Shown in pieces: positions 28,765 through 37,795 of a DNA stretch of 54,907 nucleotides (position 1 is the first letter of the stretch; each line of letters begins with the position of its first letter). The notes beneath the pieces were generated by a model. That model made no database searches. It worked only from the letters and a program-made list of their open reading frames with translations, and was not told where the DNA came from. The stretch is from an uncultured Anaerolineales bacterium (lineage in GTDB: Bacteria > Chloroflexota > Anaerolineae > Anaerolineales > UBA11858), in contig CAYUXO010000004.1 of the NCBI GenBank assembly GCA_964448865.1, positions 1-54,907 of the forward strand, written 5' to 3'. Made by a program: the position numbers and the translations under genes.

Positions 28765-30336
28765 TTAACCCGTCGTCAGCTCCAATCCCTTTTGATAACC
28801 GATTTCGAATACTTCCAGATTGATATCCACGGTTTTGGGTGGAACGGATTCAGCGATGGCTTGCTCCATGGCTTTTTTATCAACTATGCCCTCAACTGCA
28901 GCCCAGAACCCCAGCATAACGGTATTTGCAGCCCGGTTATTACCAGCCTTTTCTGCGATTTTGGTGGCCGGGATACCCAGGGTTCGAATATCCTTCCTGT
29001 GATCCTCGGGAAGTTTGATTAACTCATTATCGAATAACAGCACACCATTCAGTTTTAATCTGGAAACATATTTATCGTAGGCTCCCTGTGACATCATGAT
29101 CATGCTGTCTGGTTCAGTCAAGTGGGGATGGTGTATGGGGCTGCTGGAGATCACAACCTGGGATCCGGCAGCGCCACCCCTGGCTTCAGGTCCATAACTC
29201 TGGGTGAAGCAGGCTTCCAGATTATTGTATACAGCAGCAGCCATACCGATGATCTTACCGGCACTCATAATGCCTTGCCCGCCAAACCCGCCCAGCTGGA
29301 TTTCTTTTCGCGGAAGTTTTCTTCTTTCAACTTTCAGATCGACCCGTTTGTCAAGGGATAATTTTTCCCTCTGCCAGAATTTTTCAGCCAGGACAACACG
29401 CTGGTCCATAGCTTCTTTGAAATCTGGCCTGTCCTCAGCCAAGAACTCACCCTCTACAATTTCAATTATTTCCCCTTTTTCATTTACCTTGATATGAGCA
29501 TCTTTGGGATGAAGGTTACTTTCCGTTCGTCCTACCAGTTGGTAATGTTTCATTACTTCTAGGCCTCGCCGGCGCAAGTTTTCCGGATCAAGACCTCTGC
29601 CTTCAGGGTTCCAGCGAGAATAAGCTGTAGAGCATGGAGCAATGATTTCCACAAAACTGAAACCTGAATGGGTCAGCGCTTTTCTCAAAGTCCAATCCAG
29701 TTGACGGGCATGTAAAGTTGTCCAGCGGGCAACAAAAGAAGCTCCACTAGCCGCTGCCAGATAAGGCAAGTTAAAAGGGTATTCATAATTGCCGTATTGA
29801 GCTGTAACTGCCCGGGCTTCATGGGGCGTGGTGGGACCTACCTGCCCTCCTGTCATGCCGTAATTGAAGTTGTTTACACATATCACGGTGATACCCAGGT
29901 TTCTTCGAGCTGCATGAATAAAATGGTTGCCGCCGATACCGGCGATGTCGCCATCACCTGATATGACGATTACCTTCAGATCAGGATTGGCTATTTTCAA
30001 TCCAGTGGCAAAGGGAATTGCCCGACCGTGGGTAGTATGAAATGAATCCAGCCTGACGTATCCAGCAATTCTGCCGGTGCAGCCTATTCCAGATACAACA
30101 GCAACTTTGTCCAGATCCCAGCCCTGATTCTCTTCCAGCCACTTCAATGAGCTGATAAAGGATGTCAATGCTGTTCCCAGGCCGCAGCCCTGGCACCAGA
30201 TATGGGGCAGCCGTTCTCCCCGCAGCAAATCATCCATGGGGTGCAGGCCAGTGATCCAATCTCCCTCTGACGCTGACTCATAAGTCATGATGCGGGTTTT
30301 CTTTTTTTTATTAATTCTTTCAACTGTCATACTCAT
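28765..30336 (-). CDS. 2-oxoacid:ferredoxin oxidoreductase beta-gamma fusion
   Basis: WCQGCG, SGIGC, HGRA, TPP motif GDGD..NN, then gamma domain GFGGQG..QSYGPEARGG. Confidence 0.9.
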   Translation of the reverse strand: MSMTVERINKKKKTRIMTYESASEGDWITGLHPMDDLLRGERLPHIWCQGCGLGTALTSFISSLKWLEENQGWDLDKVAVVSGIGCTGRIAGYVRLDSFHTTHGRAIPFATGLKIANPDLKVIVISGDGDIAGIGGNHFIHAARRNLGITVICVNNFNYGMTGGQVGPTTPHEARAVTAQYGNYEYPFNLPYLAAASGASFVARWTTLHARQLDWTLRKALTHSGFSFVEIIAPCSTAYSRWNPEGRGLDPENLRRRGLEVMKHYQLVGRTESNLHPKDAHIKVNEKGEIIEIVEGEFLAEDRPDFKEAMDQRVVLAEKFWQREKLSLDKRVDLKVERRKLPRKEIQLGGFGGQGIMSAGKIIGMAAAVYNNLEACFTQSYGPEARGGAAGSQVVISSSPIHHPHLTEPDSMIMMSQGAYDKYVSRLKLNGVLLFDNELIKLPEDHRKDIRTLGIPATKIAEKAGNNRAANTVMLGFWAAVEGIVDKKAMEQAIAESVPPKTVDINLEVFEIGYQKGLELTTG

Positions 30337-30370
30337 CCCTCCCGGGATCTTGTATTATCCAGCTTGTTGA

Positions 30371-31561
30371 TCAAGCCGGCTGTCTTTCTGCCGCCCCTTT
30401 CCGAATAGCCTCCAGGACATCCCGGGGATCTAATATATCTCCCCCGGGCTTATGAACACCGATCACCTTTGTTTTCCCACTAACACAACGCTCGACTTCT
30501 CTAGCGATCTGTCCCATATTGATCTCCGGGACAATAAATGCAGCGATCTTCTCTGCCAGTTTCGAAATCAGATCTTCGGGAAAAGGCCAGACGGTGATCA
30601 AGCGCAAATAACCAACTTTTAATCCTTCTTTTCTGGCCTGTTCAATGGGCCAGAGGGAGGTACGGGCGGATATACCATATGAAACCACCACCACATCTGC
30701 TCCGCGAAGTTTTTCTTTCTCAACCTGGATGATGTCTTTACGGTTGGCGTTGATTTTTTCCATCAAACGGGCGACATTCCATTGGTTGGCTTCGGCATTC
30801 ATGGCCGGGTAACCCCGCTCATCGTGGGTCAATCCTGTAACATGGATCCTGTAGCCATCCCCTGCTTTAACCATGGGAGATATATAACCAGGATCTCCTT
30901 TTGGTCCAGAGCGGTAAATTCTAAAACGATCCGGTTCCTGCTCTCCTTTCAAAACTTGGGGACGGTTAATGATCTCAACCTCTTCCACCGGAGGAATAAC
31001 CACTTTTTCCGTCATGTGTCCTACCTCGGCGTCTGTCATAACCAACACCGGTGTTCGGTATTTTTCAGAAAGGTTAAAAGCCCTCAGCGTCAGATCAAAA
31101 AGCTCCTGGGGAGAACTGGGGCAGAGTGCAATGATCTCGTAGTCACCGTGCGATCCCCAGCGAGCCTGCATCATATCCTGCTGGCCAACCAGAGTTGGTA
31201 ATCCCGTGGATGGCCCCCCCCGCTGCACATTGACCAGCACACAAGGAGTTTCAAGCATAATTCCCAGGCCAAGATTTTCCATCATCAGGGAAAAACCAGG
31301 ACCGCTGGTTGCTGTCATGGACTTGACCCCTGCCCAGGATGCCCCCAACACAGCATTCATTGATGCCAGTTCATCCTCCATCTGCATAAAATTTCCCGCC
31401 ACCTGGGGAAGGCGCACAGACATGCGTTCGGCAATTTCGGTTGCCGGAGTGATGGGGTATCCAGCAAAAAAGCGGCAGCCTGCCAAAATCGCACCTTCCG
31501 CACAGGCATGATCTCCAAGCATAAAATGTTCCCCTGTAAGCCTGCCTTGTTCTTGATTCAT
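30371..31561 (-). CDS. 2-oxoacid:ferredoxin oxidoreductase alpha subunit
   Basis: GYPITPATE, QMEDE, TATSGPGFSLM, QRGGPSTG.PT, PEINMGQ. Confidence 0.92.
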   Translation of the reverse strand: MNQEQGRLTGEHFMLGDHACAEGAILAGCRFFAGYPITPATEIAERMSVRLPQVAGNFMQMEDELASMNAVLGASWAGVKSMTATSGPGFSLMMENLGLGIMLETPCVLVNVQRGGPSTGLPTLVGQQDMMQARWGSHGDYEIIALCPSSPQELFDLTLRAFNLSEKYRTPVLVMTDAEVGHMTEKVVIPPVEEVEIINRPQVLKGEQEPDRFRIYRSGPKGDPGYISPMVKAGDGYRIHVTGLTHDERGYPAMNAEANQWNVARLMEKINANRKDIIQVEKEKLRGADVVVVSYGISARTSLWPIEQARKEGLKVGYLRLITVWPFPEDLISKLAEKIAAFIVPEINMGQIAREVERCVSGKTKVIGVHKPGGDILDPRDVLEAIRKGAAERQPA

Positions 31562-31866
31562 GCTTTCACCTCACTGCGCTGGATGGGTTGCACCAGGTCT
31601 GGAGCATGAGTCCCTCCGTCTTCAATGTAAATGGCAAAATCCGGGCATAAAAGTGCACATAATCCGCAGTTAACGCAAATTGTCTCAGGTATGATTTCCG
31701 GCGGATGATATCCCTTGGCATTGGTTTGGCTTGACAGCACCAATACATCCTGGGGGCAAAACTCAATACAAAAACCGCATCCTTTACAGCGGTCATCGAT
31801 AATATGCACGATACCGTGTGTAATCAGGATGCGGTCCCTATCTAATGGTTGTCTCCAAAGAGCCAT
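31558..31866 (-). CDS. 2-oxoacid:ferredoxin oxidoreductase delta (2x[4Fe-4S]) subunit
   Basis: CKGCGFCIEFCP, CVNCGLCALLCPDFAI, NAKGYHPP. Confidence 0.88.
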   Translation of the reverse strand: MALWRQPLDRDRILITHGIVHIIDDRCKGCGFCIEFCPQDVLVLSSQTNAKGYHPPEIIPETICVNCGLCALLCPDFAIYIEDGGTHAPDLVQPIQRSEVKA

Positions 31867-31986
31867 AGCTCCTCCTCAACAAGATCGATAAGCCACAATC
31901 AATAAAGAAAATATTTCCAGTAAAATTATCTGATGATTTCTCTGCCCTACTTATCCCTAACAGTTATATTATTACCTGACTCGGTT

Positions 31987-33018
31987 CTAATACATCATCT
32001 GGTTGATCTCATCCAGTGACTCTTGCGTGGGGCGGAGTTTATCAACCGGAAGCCGGTTAAGCGCTGTTTCCGGGAGATTATAAAGATCAAAGAGCGCTTT
32101 CTGTTTGGGATTGATATAGATCAACCCGGTGATCAATTCATTATTGTCATTGGCTTTTTCCAGCATCACCAGAGCCCGGGCGCGATCTGTAGGTTCATAA
32201 TCCTGAGCCAGTTTTTTGAGGATGATATGGGTCCCATCATACAGGGGAACTTCCAGGGTTTCTCCTTTTTCGTACTGAACCTTGATAGCCTTCACCGGGG
32301 GCACAAAAGAAAGCTCATGCAAAGCAACCTCATGAGATTTACCCCAGGCATAGGAGTGGAAGGCTTCATCTGAATTATTGAAAGTCACACAAGGGCTGAT
32401 CACATCTATAACCGCAATTCCTCTGTGGAGGATTCCGGCTTTAATGAGAGCCTTCAGCTGCTGGGGGTCACCCGAAAATGTCCGGGCCACAAAAGACGCT
32501 CGTCCTGCAATGGCTTCCCAGACTATATCCACCGGAACATAGCGGTTCTGACCTTGTTTCTTTAGCGCCAAACCCTCTTCGGCGGTGGCAGAAAACTGGC
32601 CTTTGGTGAGACCGTAGACACCGTTATTGGCGACAATGTAAAGCATAGGTAGATTACGCCTGGTAACATGCTTGAACTGGCCCATACCAATGCTGGCAGT
32701 ATCACCGTCTCCGCTGACACCGATGCCAATCAGGGATGTATCCCCAAATAATGCGCCGGTTGCCAGGGAAGGCATGCGCCCGTGCAAGCCGTTAAATCCA
32801 AATGAACGATCCAAGAAATAAGTGGGAGCTTTACTGGAACAACCAATTCCACTGACTTTGAGGATGCGTTCAGGGGGGATGTCAAGTTCATAGCAAGCTG
32901 CGATCATCTGGGCAACGATGGCGTTATGTCCACAACCCAAACACAATGTAGATCGTTTGCCCTTATAGTCTTCCTTGGATAATCCGATTTCGTTGAGTTT
33001 TTTGGTTTTCTCAGCCAT
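31987..33018 (-). CDS. 2-oxoacid:ferredoxin oxidoreductase beta subunit (second enzyme)
   Basis: LCLGCGH, SGIGCSSK, HGRM, SGDGD, NNGVYGLTKGQ, SPCVTFN. Confidence 0.92.
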   Translation of the reverse strand: MAEKTKKLNEIGLSKEDYKGKRSTLCLGCGHNAIVAQMIAACYELDIPPERILKVSGIGCSSKAPTYFLDRSFGFNGLHGRMPSLATGALFGDTSLIGIGVSGDGDTASIGMGQFKHVTRRNLPMLYIVANNGVYGLTKGQFSATAEEGLALKKQGQNRYVPVDIVWEAIAGRASFVARTFSGDPQQLKALIKAGILHRGIAVIDVISPCVTFNNSDEAFHSYAWGKSHEVALHELSFVPPVKAIKVQYEKGETLEVPLYDGTHIILKKLAQDYEPTDRARALVMLEKANDNNELITGLIYINPKQKALFDLYNLPETALNRLPVDKLRPTQESLDEINQMMY

Positions 33019-34847
33019 TAAGCTCTCTCCTCATCCATCACAGCGCCTTTAATCCAACCTGCACACAGCGGCAGTCCATCAAGGAGTGCTAACGAGACCA
33101 GGTCTGCTGCCCTGTCGGGAATTTCAAGCGATAAGATTTTATGCATCTGGCCGTCCCGGTTATTTTCAACAACATATATTTTTTCCTGCGACTTAATAAA
33201 ATCAATCACCTTTTTGCCGACCGGCAGAGATCTCAATCGCAGATAATTGAGTTTGATGCCATCTACCTTGAGGTAATCCAGGGCTTCCTGGACAGCTGCA
33301 TCAGTTGAACCAAAAGCGATCAATCCGGTTTTTGAGCCGCGCTGTTTATTGATCACTGGCTCAGGAAGGTCTGCCACCGAGGATTTGATCTTGTTTTTGA
33401 TCCGGGTGAGATTTTTTACCCAATCATCTGGATTCTCACTGTAGTTTGCATAATCGTCATGTCCGGTTCCTCTGGCAAAGTAGGCGCTCCGTGGATGAGT
33501 GTTGCCAGGTATAGTCCGGTAAGGGATAAAATCGCCATCCAGGTCTTTATACCTGCCCCATTCATCCTTTATTTTTTCCAGGTCCTCTTCCCAGAGAACC
33601 TTACCTCTATCAATGGGGGTATCAGGATATTCAAAGGGTTCAGACATCCATTGATTCTTCCCCAGGTCCAGATCTGAGAGGACTAGGACAGCTGTTTGAT
33701 ACTTTTCTGCCAGATCCTGAGCTTTCCAGCCAAACTCAAAACATTCCCGTATATTTCCGGGTATGAGCAGGATATGTTCTGTATCACCCTGCCCCAGATA
33801 ATAGGATAAAGTGATATCACCCTGGGCAGTTCGGGTTGGCAGTCCGGTACTGGGTCCAACCCGTTGTATGACCCAGATCACAACCGGGATCTCGGCGAAA
33901 TAAGCCAGGCTAGTATATTCGCCCATCAAACTCAGTCCAGGACCTGAGGTCGAAGTTACGGATCTTAAACCAGACCATCCAGCACCGATGCACATGCCAA
34001 TGGCTGCCAATTCATCCTCAGCCTGAAGGATGGCGTAGGTGTTTTTTCCGGTCTCAGGGTCTATTCTAAGTTTGGGAGCAAATTCCAGCATCGCTTCCGG
34101 GAGACTGGTGGCAGGGGTGATGGGATACCAGGCCATAAAATGCATGCCACCAAAAATAGCTCCCAACCCCCCGGCAGTATTACCATCTACCAGAATACAA
34201 CAGTCTGTTAATTTTCGGGGTTCAATTCCAATTGATAAATCCAAATCCAGATTATCATCAGCCCATTGGAAAGCCAATTGGATAATGTGAAGGTTAAATT
34301 CAACTGGACTTCGTTTTCCCTTGAAATGAAATTCCAGGGCACCTTCTATGGAACCAAGCTCGATGCCCAATAAGTTGGCCAGGATTCCCACATAGACCAT
34401 GTTGGCAACAAATTTACGAAGATCCCGGTGGGGTTTTGCTTCCCGAACCAGGTCTTTGACCGGCATGGGCACCACGATCATATCTTCCCGGACGACGGCT
34501 TGTTTGATATCGTCCGCATAGAGGAACAAACCGCCTTCTACCAGATCATCCTGGTCTTCCGTAAAGGTACTGGGATTCATAGCCACCACGATATCCGCCA
34601 CATTCCGGCGGCCGGCATACTCTTTCTCACTGACCCGGATCTTATACCAGGTCGGCAAACCCTGAATATTCGAAGGAAAGATATTCTTTCCGGATATAGG
34701 AATACCCATCTTAAATATCGCTCTAAGCAAAGTCAAATTTGCTGTTTGGCTTCCGGAACCATTAACAGTACCAATATTGATTGAAAATTCATTAACACCG
34801 CTCAAACGGGATTGAGTGTGTTTTGCAGAACCTTTACTTTGAACCAT
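33018..34847 (-). CDS. 2-oxoacid:ferredoxin oxidoreductase gamma-alpha fusion subunit (second enzyme)
   Basis: NGSGSQTAN, FPSNIQGLPT, WYPITPATS, QAEDELAA, TSGPG, RVGPSTGLPT. Confidence 0.92.
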   Translation of the reverse strand: MVQSKGSAKHTQSRLSGVNEFSINIGTVNGSGSQTANLTLLRAIFKMGIPISGKNIFPSNIQGLPTWYKIRVSEKEYAGRRNVADIVVAMNPSTFTEDQDDLVEGGLFLYADDIKQAVVREDMIVVPMPVKDLVREAKPHRDLRKFVANMVYVGILANLLGIELGSIEGALEFHFKGKRSPVEFNLHIIQLAFQWADDNLDLDLSIGIEPRKLTDCCILVDGNTAGGLGAIFGGMHFMAWYPITPATSLPEAMLEFAPKLRIDPETGKNTYAILQAEDELAAIGMCIGAGWSGLRSVTSTSGPGLSLMGEYTSLAYFAEIPVVIWVIQRVGPSTGLPTRTAQGDITLSYYLGQGDTEHILLIPGNIRECFEFGWKAQDLAEKYQTAVLVLSDLDLGKNQWMSEPFEYPDTPIDRGKVLWEEDLEKIKDEWGRYKDLDGDFIPYRTIPGNTHPRSAYFARGTGHDDYANYSENPDDWVKNLTRIKNKIKSSVADLPEPVINKQRGSKTGLIAFGSTDAAVQEALDYLKVDGIKLNYLRLRSLPVGKKVIDFIKSQEKIYVVENNRDGQMHKILSLEIPDRAADLVSLALLDGLPLCAGWIKGAVMDEERA

Positions 34848-34882
34848 TAAAACTCCTGTCTATATTGCTGATCCAATAATTA

Positions 34883-35536
34883 TCACCGCATCATTCGGTC
34901 CATTAAATTGAAGTGTTCGTGGAGTATTTCTAATCCACGTTCCTTGTCTCTATTGATGGCTGCTTCGGCCAGCTGATCATGATAGGTCCAGACCTGCTCA
35001 AGGTACTCCAGGTCGGCATAAACGTTCAATCCAACTGCTTCATAGGCATCCCAATAAGCTTCTAGCAATCCGGAAACAAAGACATTATTCAGCCTTTTAT
35101 AGAATGTCATGTGCAGCTCGCGGTGTTCCTGGTGGGGAATTCTTACAGGACTGCCTTTTAATTTTTCCCAGGCGCTTTTAACCAGGCGGCGGAGTTCAGC
35201 ATGATCGGATTCATTCAGTAAATCAACAGATTGGGGAAAATAAGAATATTCTAAGTGCCTTCTCAAGTCCACATAATCATCAAAATAGGATTGATCCTGC
35301 TGAATTGCATAACACAGCGAGACACCTACTGCAGGGATGAACGAATAAGGCAGGCGGCGGATGCCTAGACGGGGTTTAACATCTACCAGGCCGAGAGCTT
35401 TGGCAACTTCCAACTGTTCTCGTAAAGTGGAGATGCTGATACCCATTTCCAGGCTGAGATCTTTCAGCGCCGGCAGCTTATCAGTATCCGAATCTACAGA
35501 TTGAAGGAGATAGGAGAAAAATTCAGAATGATCCAT
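34883..35536 (-). CDS. GntR/FadR family transcriptional regulator
   Basis: wHTH LP.L..LS..MGIS..TLRE.L....GLV; C-terminal FCD-like domain; start placed at ATG 35536. Confidence 0.8.
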   Translation of the reverse strand: MDHSEFFSYLLQSVDSDTDKLPALKDLSLEMGISISTLREQLEVAKALGLVDVKPRLGIRRLPYSFIPAVGVSLCYAIQQDQSYFDDYVDLRRHLEYSYFPQSVDLLNESDHAELRRLVKSAWEKLKGSPVRIPHQEHRELHMTFYKRLNNVFVSGLLEAYWDAYEAVGLNVYADLEYLEQVWTYHDQLAEAAINRDKERGLEILHEHFNLMDRMMR

Positions 35537-35547
35537 ATTTGCCCCTG

Positions 35548-35613
35548 ATATGATTAATAAGATCAATAAGATTAATCCTATTTAATAATACACTCCAATT
35601 TTCTTTCCGTCAA
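35548..35613 (-). promoter_or_regulatory. Sigma70 promoter and candidate operator of the FadR-OFOR-Hdr cluster
   Basis: TTGACG-17-TATTAT (35613-35585); 9-bp-periodic ATAAGAT-like boxes at 35548-35581. Confidence 0.55.
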
Positions 35614-35628
35614 GGAACAAATAAAAAA

Positions 35629-35661
35629 AGACTCCCGGAGTTTTTAAAACTCCGGGAGTCT
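35629..35661. repeat. Perfect palindrome, REP-like, likely also a terminator
   Basis: AGACTCCCGGAGTTTT-T-AAAACTCCGGGAGTCT with an adjacent A-run (U-tract on the minus strand). Confidence 0.75.
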
Positions 35662-35681
35662 GATGTATCACAGTAAATATG

Positions 35682-36860
35682 TTAATCCGCCAACAGATTT
35701 TGGACCACTTTTACAAAGAGAGCAGTTCCGTAAATCATAGCTTCTTCATCAAAATTAAAATCTGGTTGATGGTGTTTGACAGTCAACCCCTCTTCAGGGT
35801 TGGAGGAGCCAATAAAACAATAGCAACCTGGAATCTGCTCCATAATAAATGCCATGTCTTCAGAGGCCATGGTCTGATAACTATCATCCAGGTCAGATTC
35901 CGGGAAAAGCTCCCGAGAACTCTGCCGTAGGATCTCAGCCAATTCGGGATCATTTACAACCGGAGGAGTTATATCCTCGATGGTGATCTCTGCTCGGCAG
36001 CGATGAGCAGCGGCAACACCTTCGACAATCTCTTGAAAACGCTTCAGCAGCAGCTGGCGGGTTTCAGGTGTAAAACTGCGAATGGTTCCACCAAGAACTG
36101 CCTGATCCGGAATCACGTTGTGTGTTTCGCCGGCCTGGAAAGTGGTTACTGTAATCACAGCGCTGTCCAGGGGATGCACTTCTCTTGAGACCAGGCTTTG
36201 CAGGGAAATTACAACTGCGGAAGCAGCCAGGATCGGGTCAACAGCCTCATGGGGTTTTCCCCCATGACCTCCCTTGCCCAGAATGTCGATCTGGAATGTT
36301 TCCGAGGCTGACATCACTGGTCCATCGCTGATACCTATCCAGCCCAGAGGTTTTTCATTCCAGAGATGCAGAGCAATTGTCAGATCCGGTATGGGATCTT
36401 TCAAAACTCCATCTCGGATGACCTGCTGGGCACCTCCCAAACCTTCTTCAGCCGGCTGGAAGAGAAATTTAACCTGTCCAGATAAATCGTCCCGCATATC
36501 TGCCAGGATCCTGGCAACACTGAGGCCAATAGCCATATGACCGTCATGCCCACAGGCATGCATCAATCCCTCATTTTCAGAGGCGAAGTCAATACCTGTA
36601 TTTTCATGAACTAGCAGAGCATCCATATCAAATCGCAGCAGCAGGGTTTTTCCCGGTTTCGCGCCCTGTAATACTGCAGTGATTCCCGTTTCCGCAAGTT
36701 CCTTCTTAATAGAAAAATCATCCAATCGGGATAGTTCCCGGAGGATGATTTCAGATGTTTTATATTCCTGGAAACCTAATTCAGGGACCCGGTGAAATTC
36801 CCGGCGCAGATCCCTGGTATAAGGGAAGATTTCTTTTACTCGTGAAAGCACAGATTTCAT
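35682..36860 (-). CDS. M20D family amidohydrolase
   Basis: RREFH..PELGFQE, RFDMDAL, MHACGHDGH, FQPAEE, GGHG, SEDM, HH.P.F. Confidence 0.92.
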   Translation of the reverse strand: MKSVLSRVKEIFPYTRDLRREFHRVPELGFQEYKTSEIILRELSRLDDFSIKKELAETGITAVLQGAKPGKTLLLRFDMDALLVHENTGIDFASENEGLMHACGHDGHMAIGLSVARILADMRDDLSGQVKFLFQPAEEGLGGAQQVIRDGVLKDPIPDLTIALHLWNEKPLGWIGISDGPVMSASETFQIDILGKGGHGGKPHEAVDPILAASAVVISLQSLVSREVHPLDSAVITVTTFQAGETHNVIPDQAVLGGTIRSFTPETRQLLLKRFQEIVEGVAAAHRCRAEITIEDITPPVVNDPELAEILRQSSRELFPESDLDDSYQTMASEDMAFIMEQIPGCYCFIGSSNPEEGLTVKHHQPDFNFDEEAMIYGTALFVKVVQNLLAD

Positions 36861-37675
36861 GAGCGGATTAACTCTACCTCTTTAGAATCAAAATCGTGTA
36901 TGCCATTTTCGCCAAGATTTACTGTTATTATCTGGCTCAGTGGGTTCAAGCGGATCACTTTGCCTTCTCCACGGGGTGTGGAGACTCTTTTTCCTGGTTT
37001 GGGCAAATTCTTTTTAGCTTCCATATACTGTTTGTGTTCATGCTTCAGGCAGCAGCGCAGCCTTCCGCACATACCTGTTATTTCTGTGGGAGCGAGGGAG
37101 ATGCCTTGTTCCTTCGCCATTTTGATGGAAATGGGTATAAATTCAGTCATGAACTCCGTGCAACAGCGAATCCCTCTGCCGCAGGCGCCCATTCCGCCGA
37201 TGATTTTGGCTGAATCCCTGGGGCCAATGCGGCGCATTTCCAGGTTGGTCTTACCATGTTCTTTTTTGAGTTTTTTCCGCAACCCTGATAAATTCGGATC
37301 ATCATTCTCCTCAGAACAGTAGAGGAATACCAGGTTATCCCCCTCCAAGCTGTATTCTGCGGCGACAAATTTAACACCTTCCAGCTTTTCTTCCAATGCA
37401 ATTTTCCGGCAATGGATCAAAACATCATCTTCTTTATTCTCCCAAACCTGGCGCATAACCAGATCCCGGGAGGAAGCCTGCCTTAGGATCGGTTTCCAGT
37501 TGCGGCTGTTCTTGCTTTTGGGGTCGAGGAAAGATACTACCTGTCCCAGCTGCTGTCCCCGACTGGTTTCAACAATAACGTAATTTCCCTCCTCGATATC
37601 AGGGCAGGAGGAAGCGTCAAAATGATAAGTTTTTCCACCACTGTGGAAACGTATTCCAACAATAAGAGCCATCAT
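36857..37675 (-). CDS. PSP1/RicT (YaaT) family Fe-S protein
   Basis: VIVETSRG, IGPRD.AK..GG.G.CGR..CC, ISIKMAKEQ, GMCGRLRCCL. Confidence 0.9.
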   Translation of the reverse strand: MMALIVGIRFHSGGKTYHFDASSCPDIEEGNYVIVETSRGQQLGQVVSFLDPKSKNSRNWKPILRQASSRDLVMRQVWENKEDDVLIHCRKIALEEKLEGVKFVAAEYSLEGDNLVFLYCSEENDDPNLSGLRKKLKKEHGKTNLEMRRIGPRDSAKIIGGMGACGRGIRCCTEFMTEFIPISIKMAKEQGISLAPTEITGMCGRLRCCLKHEHKQYMEAKKNLPKPGKRVSTPRGEGKVIRLNPLSQIITVNLGENGIHDFDSKEVELIRS

Positions 37676-37734
37676 GTGCCTATTTTACCTTATATCTCTA
37701 TTAAATAAGCAAGGACGCGGTTTCCTTTAAAAGA

Positions 37735-37765
37735 GGACACGGATTCCTTGAAGGAATCCGTGTCC
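37735..37765 (-). terminator. Perfect hairpin downstream of mrp
   Basis: GGACACGGATTCCTT-G-AAGGAATCCGTGTCC, followed on the minus strand by TCTTTT. Confidence 0.65.
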
Positions 37766-37795
37766 GTAGAAATCCATTCAAATATTAATTTTGTC

